From NCBI GenBank assembly GCA_963735975.1, contig CAVTNF010000006.1:34650-98649 (forward strand): a DNA stretch of 64,000 bases, in the 5' to 3' direction. The stretch is from an uncultured Acidobacteriaceae bacterium (GTDB lineage Bacteria; Acidobacteriota; Terriglobia; Terriglobales; Acidobacteriaceae). The translations under genes were made by a program, and so were the position numbers. How positions within the stretch are numbered: position 1 is the first letter of the stretch; each line of letters starts with the position of its first letter. The notes under the pieces were generated by a model. It was not told the origin of the DNA and did no database searches. It saw only the letters and a program-made list of their open reading frames with translations. Below, piece after piece: positions 1-8,883 of this stretch.

Positions 1-108
1 TATGATTTCCTTCGAGGAAACACTTGAAGTTGCCCGTAGGACCGATTCGATCAAGCGAGAAATATTCCACGCCTGGTTCTTAGCGATCAAAACAACGGAC
101 AGTTCCAT
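1..108 (-). CDS. glycosyltransferase family 2, N-terminal 36 codons (gene runs off the left edge)
   Basis: Reverse-strand ATG at 106-108. Translation is MELSVVLIAKNQAWNISRLIESVLRATSSVSSKEII, the usual GT2 N-terminal strand-helix start. It is absent from the ORF track because it is under 60 aa. Confidence 0.5.
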   Translation of the reverse strand, partial: MELSVVLIAKNQAWNISRLIESVLRATSSVSSKEII

Positions 109-297
109 CGTGGCTTCTTTTGGGCGAAGGAGTCGCTTCAATCCGGAGATTCTAGAGCAAGTGAGATTCCATTTTCCAGGCCCGCAACTCTCTCCGTATA
201 GCCTCAGGCAGGCGTGACTCCCCCCAGTGTAACGCAAAAACCTGCGCACCATAAGAATGGTTTTACCCGGATTGGAAGCACAGATGGGGAGGTAATG

Positions 298-315
298 GCT
301 CAATTTAAATTGAGC
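298..315. promoter_or_regulatory. perfect 18-bp palindrome GCTCAATTTAAATTGAGC, plus an extra half-site AAATTGAGC at 383-391; candidate operator
   Basis: Read directly. It lies in the divergent intergenic region between the GT2 start (108, minus) and the methyltransferase start (499, plus). Confidence 0.3.
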
Positions 316-498
316 ACGGTATCGCCTTCGGGCTGAGTCCGCGATAAAACGAGACTTAGCTTCTTGAGCAGGCTGATCTTTCAAATTGAGCCACTACCGA
401 TGGGAAAGATGGGGTGCCAAGGCAGCGAGATGGGTGTATAATTATTCCCGTTTTTGAAGTCAGAAAGGAGATTCCGGCTTATATTGTTGTGAAGGCAA

Positions 499-1413
499 AT
501 GGATCTTAGAGTCCCCAGCCAAAAATTATCCATACGAAGGATCGATACAATCCTGAGGCGGCATGGTATCCGTGGCACCGTCAAGCTTTGTATCCAGAAA
601 GCCGGGAAAGCCTGGTTTTTTTTCGCGTATCAGGGTTTCGGGCGACAATGCCCTGTGTGTCATATGACCTTCCGTCGCTTCATTGCAAAACCTGGTCGAC
701 CCTCGCCGCTTTTCACGCAGGAGCACATTGTCGGTGGCGGTCCTTTCCATGATTCGGTCTGTCCTTTGTGCAGTTCCAACGAACGAGAACGTCATGTCTA
801 CCTTTTCCTGAAGACCTGCACCTCAGTATTTAGAAATCCGCTTCGCATGCTGCACCTCGCGCCCGAAAAGAATCTGCAGCGCATTTTTCAGCGTTGCAAA
901 AACATCCAATACGTCAGTGCCGACCTGGATTCGTTTCGCGCCTCGGTGCGAACGGATATCACAGCGCTGTGCTTCGGGGACAAGAGCTTCGATGTGGTTA
1001 TTTGTAATCACGTTTTGGAGCACATTCCGGATGACCGTCGAGCAATACGCGAAATCATTCGTGTTCTCAAGCCCGGTGGTTGGGCCATACTTCAGGTTCC
1101 GATCGCGGCGTCGCGGATTGCAACTGTGGATGGGCCCTCGGTTTCCACCCCCGACGAACGCCTCCGCCTCTTCGGGGGGGAGTATCACGTCCGGCTGTAC
1201 GGTGGGGATTACGCGCGCAGACTCGAAGCTGCAGGGTTCTTCGTAGAACTGCACAGCCTCCCGAAAGAGAATGGCGATTCCTATGCACGTCGTTTCGGTC
1301 TGTTGCGAGACGAGAATATCTATTTAGCCAGAAAACTGACCTCAACGATCCAGCATTCGCCATCCCCGAAAGAGCGCCGCGACGATGCAACTACCGAATA
1401 CTCGAGTATTTGA
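499..1413 (+). CDS. class I SAM-dependent methyltransferase with an N-terminal CxxC...CxxC zinc-ribbon
   Basis: Contains FDVVICNHVLEHIPDDRRAIREIIRVLKPGGWAIL (Methyltransf_11-like motifs) preceded by CPVC...CPLC. Confidence 0.85.
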   Translation: MDLRVPSQKLSIRRIDTILRRHGIRGTVKLCIQKAGKAWFFFAYQGFGRQCPVCHMTFRRFIAKPGRPSPLFTQEHIVGGGPFHDSVCPLCSSNERERHVYLFLKTCTSVFRNPLRMLHLAPEKNLQRIFQRCKNIQYVSADLDSFRASVRTDITALCFGDKSFDVVICNHVLEHIPDDRRAIREIIRVLKPGGWAILQVPIAASRIATVDGPSVSTPDERLRLFGGEYHVRLYGGDYARRLEAAGFFVELHSLPKENGDSYARRFGLLRDENIYLARKLTSTIQHSPSPKERRDDATTEYSSI

Positions 1414-1855
1414 CGAAACGGCCGTCGGGTGGGGAGCTGCAATAGACAAGAGTATCCAGAAAGAGCGCTACCTTCGGGGCAAGCGTTTGTTAACGCAGCT
1501 GTCGACCACCTTCAACCTTAAATGCCTGACTCGGTGTTTTCCCGCTCAGTTGCTTCCAGAAGAACTACATTGTCCGTCATAACGATTAGCTCGCCAAGCA
1601 ACTGAAATACCTGCCCCTACAGCCTAATCTGGTTTCCTTTGTGAAACCCAATCCCTTTAACCGTGCGCAAGGCCGGATCGGTTCGTCACCGGCGTACCGT
1701 GGATCGAGACTAGCACCTGACTGCTTCGGAGTTTCAATGCTTTGGTCGCATTTCTCGTAATCCCCGACCACCTGAGTCTCGCGTACAGTTGATGGAGAAG
1801 TCACATTTCCAATGGACTAGTTTCTGGGGACAGGTCAAGGACTGCTCCAGCGCCT

Positions 1856-3244
1856 CTAACGGACCGTCGCGGTCAATCCTGTTGGTGGGTTCGGCGCTTT
1901 GCCGCTCCCGGAATACGCGTAGGCTCCAAGGTCAAAGTGAGAGCCGGGAGTCCGGGCGTGGCCTTCGATGTCGGTATACACATATTGCTTAAGTCCGCTG
2001 ATGATCTCCGAGGAGATGCCTGGGATGGTAGTCGGATCAATACCAGCCCCGATCGCGGGGCTGCCCGACTGCAAGTGAAACTGATCGGTGATCTGATCGG
2101 GGGGCACGGCATTGTTGTACTGCCCGGAGCCGGTGGGCGAGACATAGGGCGGATTGACGAACAGCGGGTCTGCCTGCTTGAGCTGGGCAGGATCAATTAA
2201 CGCGCCAGAAGGAATGACCGAAGGCGTTCCCGTGCCACTGGAGATCCACTGGTTGTAATGGTAGTGCGTGTCCACCAGCGGTGTGACGTCGAGGTAAGGA
2301 TTGTTGGTGCTCCAGGAGTAGGAAATGTTATTCACCTCGTAAATGCCCGAAGCGCCAGTGTTCTGAAGCTCTCCCGCGGGTTTATCGAGATCGTTTTTGT
2401 AGCAAGTGTTGTTCACTACCCAAGCGTTGCTCGCGTGGAAGGCAGAGATGCAACGTCGCCCGTTCTGATAAACAACGTTGTTGGCGATCAACTCCGGGGG
2501 CGTGACGTCCCCTGGCAGATTATCCGAGATGATGCCATTGCCGTCGGTGCGGTAGGAGGAGTTGTCATACATGCCGGAGATGATGTTATTGGTCACAAAG
2601 CTGTGGAAACCTGAGAAGCTATCGAACCAGGCATGCTCAAGGTAGCTAATGGCGCTGCTCCAGCCCTGGTTGTAGCCACAATGATAGATCTCGTTGTGAT
2701 CCACCGTGATGTAATCAGGAGCTTTTCCCGTACCCGAATCGGGGAGGGTGGCGATGCCCGCCGAACCCATGTGGCTGATTTTATTACCGATGACGCGCAA
2801 GTGATCGCAGCCTTGACAGGCGATCGCTCCATTGGCGGTGTTGTATCCTTCAAATTGCAGCCCGTTGATTTCAACGTAGCGAACGCCCGAGCCCAATCGC
2901 ATAAGACTCGAAGTGCCGGAGTTGGGGACGATCACAGCAACGGCGCCGTTGTAGTTGGTGTAAACGATCCAACTCGAGGAGGTGCCAGACTTATAGATCT
3001 CAAATGGCGTGTTGACCTGATAGGTTCCCGCTAACAGGCAGACGACGCTGCCGGATTGAGTACGGCGTACAGCCGTTGACAATGGTATCGGGCTGGTAGG
3101 AGATGTGCCTGAATTGGTAGAAATGCCCGAGGGGGATGCGTACAAGGTGCAAGCTCCCAGGGCGCTAGAGGTCATCAGCATGACCCCAATCGCGCACAAC
3201 ATTATGCGAACCAGGCTCAGGCGCGGCCACAAGACGCTTCCCAT
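1856..3244 (-). CDS. secreted right-handed parallel beta-helix repeat protein, paralog A; C-terminus ends in a truncated Fn3-like start (PPTGLTATVR)
   Basis: GGAGGA lies 5 nt upstream of the ATG and there is a signal peptide. Motifs include CTLYASPSG, HNEIYHCGYNQGW, TDGNGIISD, NNVVYQNGRRCI and a HLQSGSPAIGAG tail. Confidence 0.8.
   Translation of the reverse strand: MGSVLWPRLSLVRIMLCAIGVMLMTSSALGACTLYASPSGISTNSGTSPTSPIPLSTAVRRTQSGSVVCLLAGTYQVNTPFEIYKSGTSSSWIVYTNYNGAVAVIVPNSGTSSLMRLGSGVRYVEINGLQFEGYNTANGAIACQGCDHLRVIGNKISHMGSAGIATLPDSGTGKAPDYITVDHNEIYHCGYNQGWSSAISYLEHAWFDSFSGFHSFVTNNIISGMYDNSSYRTDGNGIISDNLPGDVTPPELIANNVVYQNGRRCISAFHASNAWVVNNTCYKNDLDKPAGELQNTGASGIYEVNNISYSWSTNNPYLDVTPLVDTHYHYNQWISSGTGTPSVIPSGALIDPAQLKQADPLFVNPPYVSPTGSGQYNNAVPPDQITDQFHLQSGSPAIGAGIDPTTIPGISSEIISGLKQYVYTDIEGHARTPGSHFDLGAYAYSGSGKAPNPPTGLTATVR
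1909..3177. repeat. arm A of a 1.27-kb inverted repeat (partner 4650-5915)
   Basis: Reverse complement aligns with 4650-5915. At protein level I count 20 substitutions in 414 aligned residues, plus one 3-nt indel near the signal-peptide end. Confidence 0.9.
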
Positions 3245-4395
3245 GATATCCTCCGAAAAGTTAGATCTCGGGCCAGAAACTCAAACGTGAAACGCCCTTC
3301 ACGGAGCACCGCGCCGAGTCTCCCGTTACGTCTTCAGGACGTTCCGGCACGATTCCTATTTCCAGTCCCTTCTTGCCACTCGGAGTGGCAGCGCTCTGCA
3401 CTCCTCACTCCTCGAGGCCTGGCGCTTGCAGAGACCCCAAGGCAACGTATTTACGATTGCTCCAGCCTATGAGGTGAGGAATTGGAATTACAGGTCACGG
3501 AAGTGACCCGAGAAAGGGACGCTAGTACATAGCCCTCTGATTTTCGCTACTCTCATTTGGCCGGTTTTTGCCATCTCCTAAGGAGCACATTCGTTGGGTG
3601 TTAACTGGAAGCCGAAGGCAGGGGCCTCTGTCTGCAGATGAGTGGCTTTCCGTTGGCGAGCGCGTTGTTCACCGGTCGCGAAAACGCTCTTGCCGTATGG
3701 CTCGCGGGTGGGGATCAGTGGAGATCAAGATAGAGGACCCTGGCGAGTTTGTGTGCGGGCAGCCGTGACTGTGACCCAGCCCCCGAAAACTGGACCACGT
3801 AGAAGGTGAGTTCTCCCCAACACCGCGGCACTGCTTCTTGCTGCCAAGATCGGAAGCGGGCGCCCCACAGATCCATGCTCTGAGTGGTTAAATCCGATCC
3901 CTTGTCACGGAACAATACTTCGGAACATCTCGCGTTCCCCAGCTTTGGTTAAGACATTTATCACATCCCCACCCTCGGCCAAACGCTCCGCCGAATCATC
4001 CAGGACGGTCAAGCCCGGAATCGCCGCCAGTCCGCCAACTGGTTCAACCAAGAAGTCCAGACTCCCCTGAATTGGGGTGGCGCCAAACCCACATCGGGCA
4101 TAGCCAGCGGCGAGTTTCGCCGGAGCTCGCAGAATAGCGCGGGGTTGTGGCTGTCCCTGCGAAGTAGAACCTAGGAAGTCAACTGAGCCAGACAGTTCCT
4201 AATCTTTGGGGCGTGCCGCGCCCATGTACCGATGCCTCCCGCTCGCTGCTGAAGGGCGGTCCCAGAATGGGTGATTTCACATCGAGCCATGCACTTGTGG
4301 GACGTTGACGTCGTAATTAGGCTAGCGGAAACTAACCTCGCGCGAAGTCAGAGAATTGCATTCGCGGTGTCTAGCAGACTGATTTGGCCTGAGGA

Positions 4396-4433
4396 GTTGG
4401 CACTTTTCCCAGAGGTGTGGTTGGCACTTTTCC
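4396..4433. repeat. two direct copies of GTTGGCACTTTTCC (4396-4409 and 4420-4433) upstream of beta-helix paralog B
   Basis: Read directly. The copies sit about 135-170 nt upstream of the GTG start at 4568. Confidence 0.4.
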
Positions 4434-4567
4434 TCTTCTCGGGCTTGGAAAATAACTAAAGGCGTCGCGCGCACGTCCTGCGAAGGAGTCCTTGTGCGGC
4501 AGAGTGTCTTTCCGCAGGCTTCGCTCGCCTAATGTAAGAAAAATAAAAATTGGGAGGATCCCCCACC

Positions 4568-6388
4568 GTGAAGTCGATCTTGTTCCCCCGCATACGTCTC
4601 ATGCTGCGAATCGTGTTGTCCGCCATTCTTTGTGGCCTAGTGAGCATGGTGATGACATCCAGCGCCCTGGCTTGCACCTTGTATGCATCCCCTTCGGGCA
4701 TTTCTACCAATTCAGGCACATCTCCTACCAGCCCGATACCATTGTCAACGGCTGTACGCCGTACTCAACCCGGCAGCGTCGTCTGCCTGTTAGCGGGGAC
4801 CTATCACGTCAACACGCCATTTGAGATCTATAAGTCTGGCACCTCCTCGAGTTGGATCGTTTACACCAACTACAACGGCGCCGTTGCTGTGATCGTCCCC
4901 AACTCCGGCACTTCGAGTCTTATGCGATTGGGCTCGGGCGTTCGCTACGTTGAAATCAACGGGCTGCAATTTGAGGGATACAACACCGCCGGTGGAGCGA
5001 TCGCCTGTCAAGGCTGCGATCACTTGCGCGTCATCGGTAATAAAATCAGCCACATGGGTTCGGGGGGCATCGCCACCTTCCCCGATTCGGGTACGGGAAA
5101 AGCTCCTGATTACATCACGGTGGATCACAACCAGATCTATCATTGTGGCTACAACCAGGGCTGGAGCAGCGCCGTTAGCTACCTTAGGCATGCCTGGTTC
5201 GATAGCTTCTCAGGTTTCCACAGCTTTGTGACCAATAACATCATCTCCGGCATGTATGACAACTCCTCCACCCACACCGACGGCAATGGCATCATCTCGG
5301 ATAATCTGCCAGGGGACGTCACGCCCCCGGAGTTGATCGCCAACAACGTTGTTTATCAGAACGGGCGACGTTGCATCTCTGCCTTCCACGCGAGCAACGC
5401 TTGGGTAGTGAACAACACTTGCTACAAAAACGATCTCTATAAACCCGCGGGAGAGTTTCAGAACACTTACGCTTCGGGCATTTACGAGGTGAATAACATT
5501 TCCTACTCCTGGAGCACCAACAGTCCTTACCTCGACGTCGCACCGCTGGTGGACACGCACTACCATTACAACCAGTGGATCTCCAATGGCACGGGAACGC
5601 CTTCGGTCATTCCTTCTGGCGCGTTAACTGATCCCGCCCAGCTCAAGCAGGCACACCCGCAGTTCGTCAATCCGCCCTATGTCTCTGCCACCGGTTCCGG
5701 GCAGTACAACAATGCCGTGCCCCCCGATCAGATCACCGATCAGTTTCACTTGCAGTCGGGCAGCCCCGCGATCGGGGCTGGTATTGATCCGACTACCATC
5801 CCAGGCATCTCCTCGGAGATCATCAGCGGACTTAAGCAATATGTGTATACCGACATCGAAGGCCACGCCCGGACTCCCGGCTCTCACTTTGACCTTGGAG
5901 CCTACGCGTATTCCGCGGGGTCAATCTTGGCAACCTTGACTCCCGTAGCAGATACTTATGTGGACAGCGCCACTCCGGGAAGCAACTATGGATCGAGCAC
6001 CCCATTGAAAGTTGGCGGCTCGGGACGCGTCCAAGCCGCGTATCTGAAGTTTGATCTGCTTTCACTCGCTGGAAAAACTGTGTCTTCTGCCAAGCTACGC
6101 CTCTGGGTTTACAACGGCGCAAGCGGCACCTACTCCGTGGACTCTGTGTCAGATACTTCCTGGACGGAGTCTGGAACTACCTATGTAAACCGGTCGAGTG
6201 TGGGATCGGACATTGCCAGTGTGACCAACCCGGCGACTGACACATGGATGGAGATCGACGTTACGGCAAAGGTACAAGCGAGCTTAGGGAAACTGATCTC
6301 GTTTGTAGCAACCAGCACCTCGTCTCATACGCTGTTGCTGGACTCGAGAGAAGTAAAGTACTTGAAGCCGCAGCTAGTAATTAAATAG
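4568..6388 (+). CDS. secreted right-handed beta-helix repeat protein, paralog B, with a C-terminal DNRLRE/CBM96-like domain
   Basis: GGGAGGA at 4551-4557 precedes GTG 4568 and a signal peptide (VKSILFPRIRLMLRIVLSAILCGLVSMVMTSSALA). The body matches paralog A. The C-terminal 150 aa (ADTYVDSATPGSNYGSS...AAYLKFDL...SAKLRLWV...SWTESGTTYVN...SREVKYLKPQLVIK) fits the DNRLRE domain pattern. Confidence 0.8.
   Translation: MKSILFPRIRLMLRIVLSAILCGLVSMVMTSSALACTLYASPSGISTNSGTSPTSPIPLSTAVRRTQPGSVVCLLAGTYHVNTPFEIYKSGTSSSWIVYTNYNGAVAVIVPNSGTSSLMRLGSGVRYVEINGLQFEGYNTAGGAIACQGCDHLRVIGNKISHMGSGGIATFPDSGTGKAPDYITVDHNQIYHCGYNQGWSSAVSYLRHAWFDSFSGFHSFVTNNIISGMYDNSSTHTDGNGIISDNLPGDVTPPELIANNVVYQNGRRCISAFHASNAWVVNNTCYKNDLYKPAGEFQNTYASGIYEVNNISYSWSTNSPYLDVAPLVDTHYHYNQWISNGTGTPSVIPSGALTDPAQLKQAHPQFVNPPYVSATGSGQYNNAVPPDQITDQFHLQSGSPAIGAGIDPTTIPGISSEIISGLKQYVYTDIEGHARTPGSHFDLGAYAYSAGSILATLTPVADTYVDSATPGSNYGSSTPLKVGGSGRVQAAYLKFDLLSLAGKTVSSAKLRLWVYNGASGTYSVDSVSDTSWTESGTTYVNRSSVGSDIASVTNPATDTWMEIDVTAKVQASLGKLISFVATSTSSHTLLLDSREVKYLKPQLVIK
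4650..5915. repeat. arm B of the 1.27-kb inverted repeat (partner 1909-3177)
   Basis: See arm A. Homology stops at GCGTATTCCG (5906-5915 versus 1909-1918). Confidence 0.9.
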
Positions 6389-6768
6389 CGGTCGCGGGCT
6401 CGGGATTCAGGCACACCGGAGCGGTCGGCGCTTTGTGCAGGATGGCATCGCAGAAAGCGCCGACGCCTTTCATCATACTCAGCTCTATGCGGAGATAACC
6501 GGACAGGTCAGTCGACGTGTAGGCCACTGTCCCGCAGCTGTCCGCGGGCTGGTCAAGCAGCTCTTCGCTCAGGATGGGCGCAGATGGCTCGCCGATCCTA
6601 TCGTCGCCACCGGTCGCCACTTGGAGCTTCGCCACAGCCCGAAGTCCAGAATCTGGGCGCGTCCTCGTTTATGCTCAACGACGGCCGGGGGCGGCGCGAC
6701 ACCAACTCCGGTGGCACAATCCATGGCGAGGGATGCAATAAGCAATTCGCTGAAACGCTGCTGAAGGC
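6389..6768 (-). pseudogene. possible decayed Ser/Thr protein kinase fragment (subdomains VI-IX only), multiply frameshifted
   Basis: Minus-strand frames give ...SLSINEDAPR..., ...RAQILDFGL... (a DFG motif) and ...SCGTVAYTSTDLSGY...GVGAFCDAIL... (GT.aY..PE-like). The N-terminal lobe is absent. The fragment starts right at the tRNA-like gene. Confidence 0.3.
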
Positions 6769-6843
6769 TGGGGGCGCGGGGCGGAATCGAGCCACCGAAA
6801 GGGGCTTTGCAGGCCTCTGCCTTGTCCACTTGGCTACCGCGCC
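6769..6843 (-). tRNA. tRNA-Cys-like, anticodon GCA, atypical and possibly a pseudo-tRNA
   Basis: Hand-folded cloverleaf: GGCGCGG TA GCCA AGTGGACA AGGC A GAGGC CTGCAAA GCCCC TTTC GGTGG CTCGATT CCGCC CCGCGCC C CCA. It has an A28-C42 mismatch, C instead of T at position 54, and discriminator C73 instead of U73. Confidence 0.55.
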
Positions 6844-7154
6844 TTGGGTTCAATAGTTCCGGGCCTCGCAGTTTGCGTCTAGCACACCGATTACCCGCCG
6901 TAGTGCGCCCTGCGCTTAACTCTTACACAGGCATCTTCCGCCATCGGGTTCAAACATAGGTAGCCTGCGATCGCCGAAGCGCAACCCGAGGCCCTGTTTT
7001 CGGTCAGTATATACTACAGCCGTGACCCGCTTCTCTGCGGGGAAAGAGCGTGCGCACGATAATGCCCTTCTGAGGCCTCTAGGGCCTTTTAAGGCGGCTC
7101 CAGATTCCATTCGTAGCTCCTCGGGATTGCGCTCCTGGCGAGCGAAGGCCGAGG

Positions 7155-8345
7155 TCAGTCATCAAAATTCACGCACCACTCGCCGTCAAGACGCGAGAGG
7201 GAGGCATCCCCGCGCTCAAGAATCTCCAGCAACTCCGGCTGGCGCGAATGTGCAACTGTCCAGCCGCCGCGGCACGTAAAGAAGCAGTTCTTCTCCGAGA
7301 AGTCGGCCATTAAGTGGCTCGGCACGGTTCCATGAAGGGCAATGGCTCCGCGACTCCAGGCATCAAAGAAAAGATGATCGAGGATGTCCTTAGTGAATTT
7401 CCGCTGACCGCCGATCTGCACCACTTGACCAATAGCGCCCGGCTTCAGGTAGTACAAATACCAGCCAAGGATCTTCTGGTTGTCGTCGCGAAGAACAACC
7501 TTCCGGAGATCTGCGCGGGGGTGCATCCGCTCCATGAAAGTGAGAAGCCATTTCAGCGAATCGCCGTCATATTCGGGCCACAGCGAATAATCCTCACGAA
7601 ATTCGGCTAGGCAGTGAACCAGCGTTTCAGCATCAAGCTTCGCGGCGTGGAGAGGAGACTGGGTCTGACAGAATGGACTGAAGGAGAGTCGCGCGGCCAT
7701 GCTGTCCACGATGCCACAAAAGGGCTTTGCCGCAATCTTTAGGGCGGCTGAAAGTGCGGGCCTTGCAGAGCTGGACATGCCATGAACGGCATAGCGACAC
7801 GGCCGCAGCGGGTGCGCCCAATGAATGCTCAAGGGCACTATTGTGCGGAAGCCCAGTCGTTCCAGTAGACTGCGAGATATGTCGTTTGCTGAATCCGTCT
7901 GCGAAACGTCTTGGCTTCCTGCCATATAGGCTGTCAGCAGCCCCAAGCCTGCCAAGGGAGATCGCGCCTCCGGGTGAACTACAAAATTGCCGCCAAAGGC
8001 AACGCGAATAGGATGGCCGCGGAAAGACATTTTCCTTCGTATCACGCCCAAGAAGCCGGCAATCCTGTTGCCCTTGCCCTCGTAAACAAGGGAAGGGAGG
8101 GCGCTGTCAACCAAAGGATTCGCGAAATAGAGCTCTTGGAAATAGGTTAGAAGGGCAGGCGGAGCAGAGCCCTTGCCGTGGCGTAGAAATCTCCACCACA
8201 GCTCCGCCACTTTTGGGATATCTTCTCCAACAAACGGCCGTACGCCCAAGTCGTTCCGCCCGATCAATAACCAACCGCACCGAAATTCAGCTTCGGGCAA
8301 TTCCTTTCGTGCAGAGGTATTGAACCGCTCCATTCTCTGACACAA
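7155..8345 (-). CDS. two-domain GNAT-family N-acetyltransferase, paralog of 22861-23994
   Basis: Contains ...NRIAGFLGVIRRKMSFRGHPIRVAFGGNFVVHPEARSPLAGLGLL... and shares its architecture with the 377-aa protein at 22.9 kb. The start may instead be the internal MERFN. Confidence 0.65.
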   Translation of the reverse strand: MCQRMERFNTSARKELPEAEFRCGWLLIGRNDLGVRPFVGEDIPKVAELWWRFLRHGKGSAPPALLTYFQELYFANPLVDSALPSLVYEGKGNRIAGFLGVIRRKMSFRGHPIRVAFGGNFVVHPEARSPLAGLGLLTAYMAGSQDVSQTDSANDISRSLLERLGFRTIVPLSIHWAHPLRPCRYAVHGMSSSARPALSAALKIAAKPFCGIVDSMAARLSFSPFCQTQSPLHAAKLDAETLVHCLAEFREDYSLWPEYDGDSLKWLLTFMERMHPRADLRKVVLRDDNQKILGWYLYYLKPGAIGQVVQIGGQRKFTKDILDHLFFDAWSRGAIALHGTVPSHLMADFSEKNCFFTCRGGWTVAHSRQPELLEILERGDASLSRLDGEWCVNFDD

Positions 8346-8483
8346 CCGAAACTAGAAACACAAAGTCTAGAGCAACTGGAATAAGAAATCAAACCTGTCT
8401 GATAGTCGGGTAGTGTCTGAAATGTGCGTTGGTGGAAAACTGCGGACGATTGCTTTCAGCGTCCGCCCGCAGTATCGTTGGGC

Positions 8484-8813
8484 ATGGCATCGAATCGGCA
8501 AGAATTGACCGCTCTCAAGAATGTCCTCTCCGAAACCGACCGAATCCTAGAGACCACAGACCTGCCACAGAACCGCACCGCCCGAGGCCGCGAATTGCTC
8601 AAAGCCGCCCTTGCTCTCACCGATGACGTGATCTCCCAATCTAAGCTATCAGCCGCCAGCGTCATGGGGCGCAAAACCGGCTCCGTGATTGCCAAGCGCG
8701 GCAGCGACTACTTCCGCAGCTGGCCGCCCGGCGCAAGACCCACGGCGGGGGCAGGCCGCCGGTACGCTGACTCGTGCCGAGACCGTATACCAGGTGACGG
8801 CTTCAGGCAATAG
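8484..8813 (+). CDS. small hypothetical protein (MASNRQELTALKNVL...), 3' end uncertain
   Basis: The ORF track covers 8424-8813. The +2 frame after ...RGSDYFR reads QLAARRKTHGGGRPPVR-stop, which looks more protein-like. A frameshift or a shorter product is therefore possible. Confidence 0.25.
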   Translation: MASNRQELTALKNVLSETDRILETTDLPQNRTARGRELLKAALALTDDVISQSKLSAASVMGRKTGSVIAKRGSDYFRSWPPGARPTAGAGRRYADSCRDRIPGDGFRQ

Positions 8814-8883
8814 AAGTTTCAGCCCAACGGTAAGTTTGACAGGAACGGGCGCGACGGACACAGCGGTTGGGGGGCTGCACGAA

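Noticed and set aside
2-217. Plus-strand 71-aa ORF at the left edge.
   Set aside because: The opposite strand encodes a typical GT2 N-terminus starting at 108. The plus ORF has no recognisable features.
3140-3244. Lipoprotein signal (ALGAC) on beta-helix paralog A.
   Set aside because: The Cys is conserved in paralogs B (ALAC) and C (LAGDC), where the context is not a lipobox. It is more likely part of the mature CT(L/I)YASPSG motif after signal peptidase I cleavage.
4396-4433. TGGCAC motifs (twice) as sigma-54 -24 elements.
   Set aside because: No TTGC/GC -12 element follows at the required distance. It is kept only as a tandem repeat.
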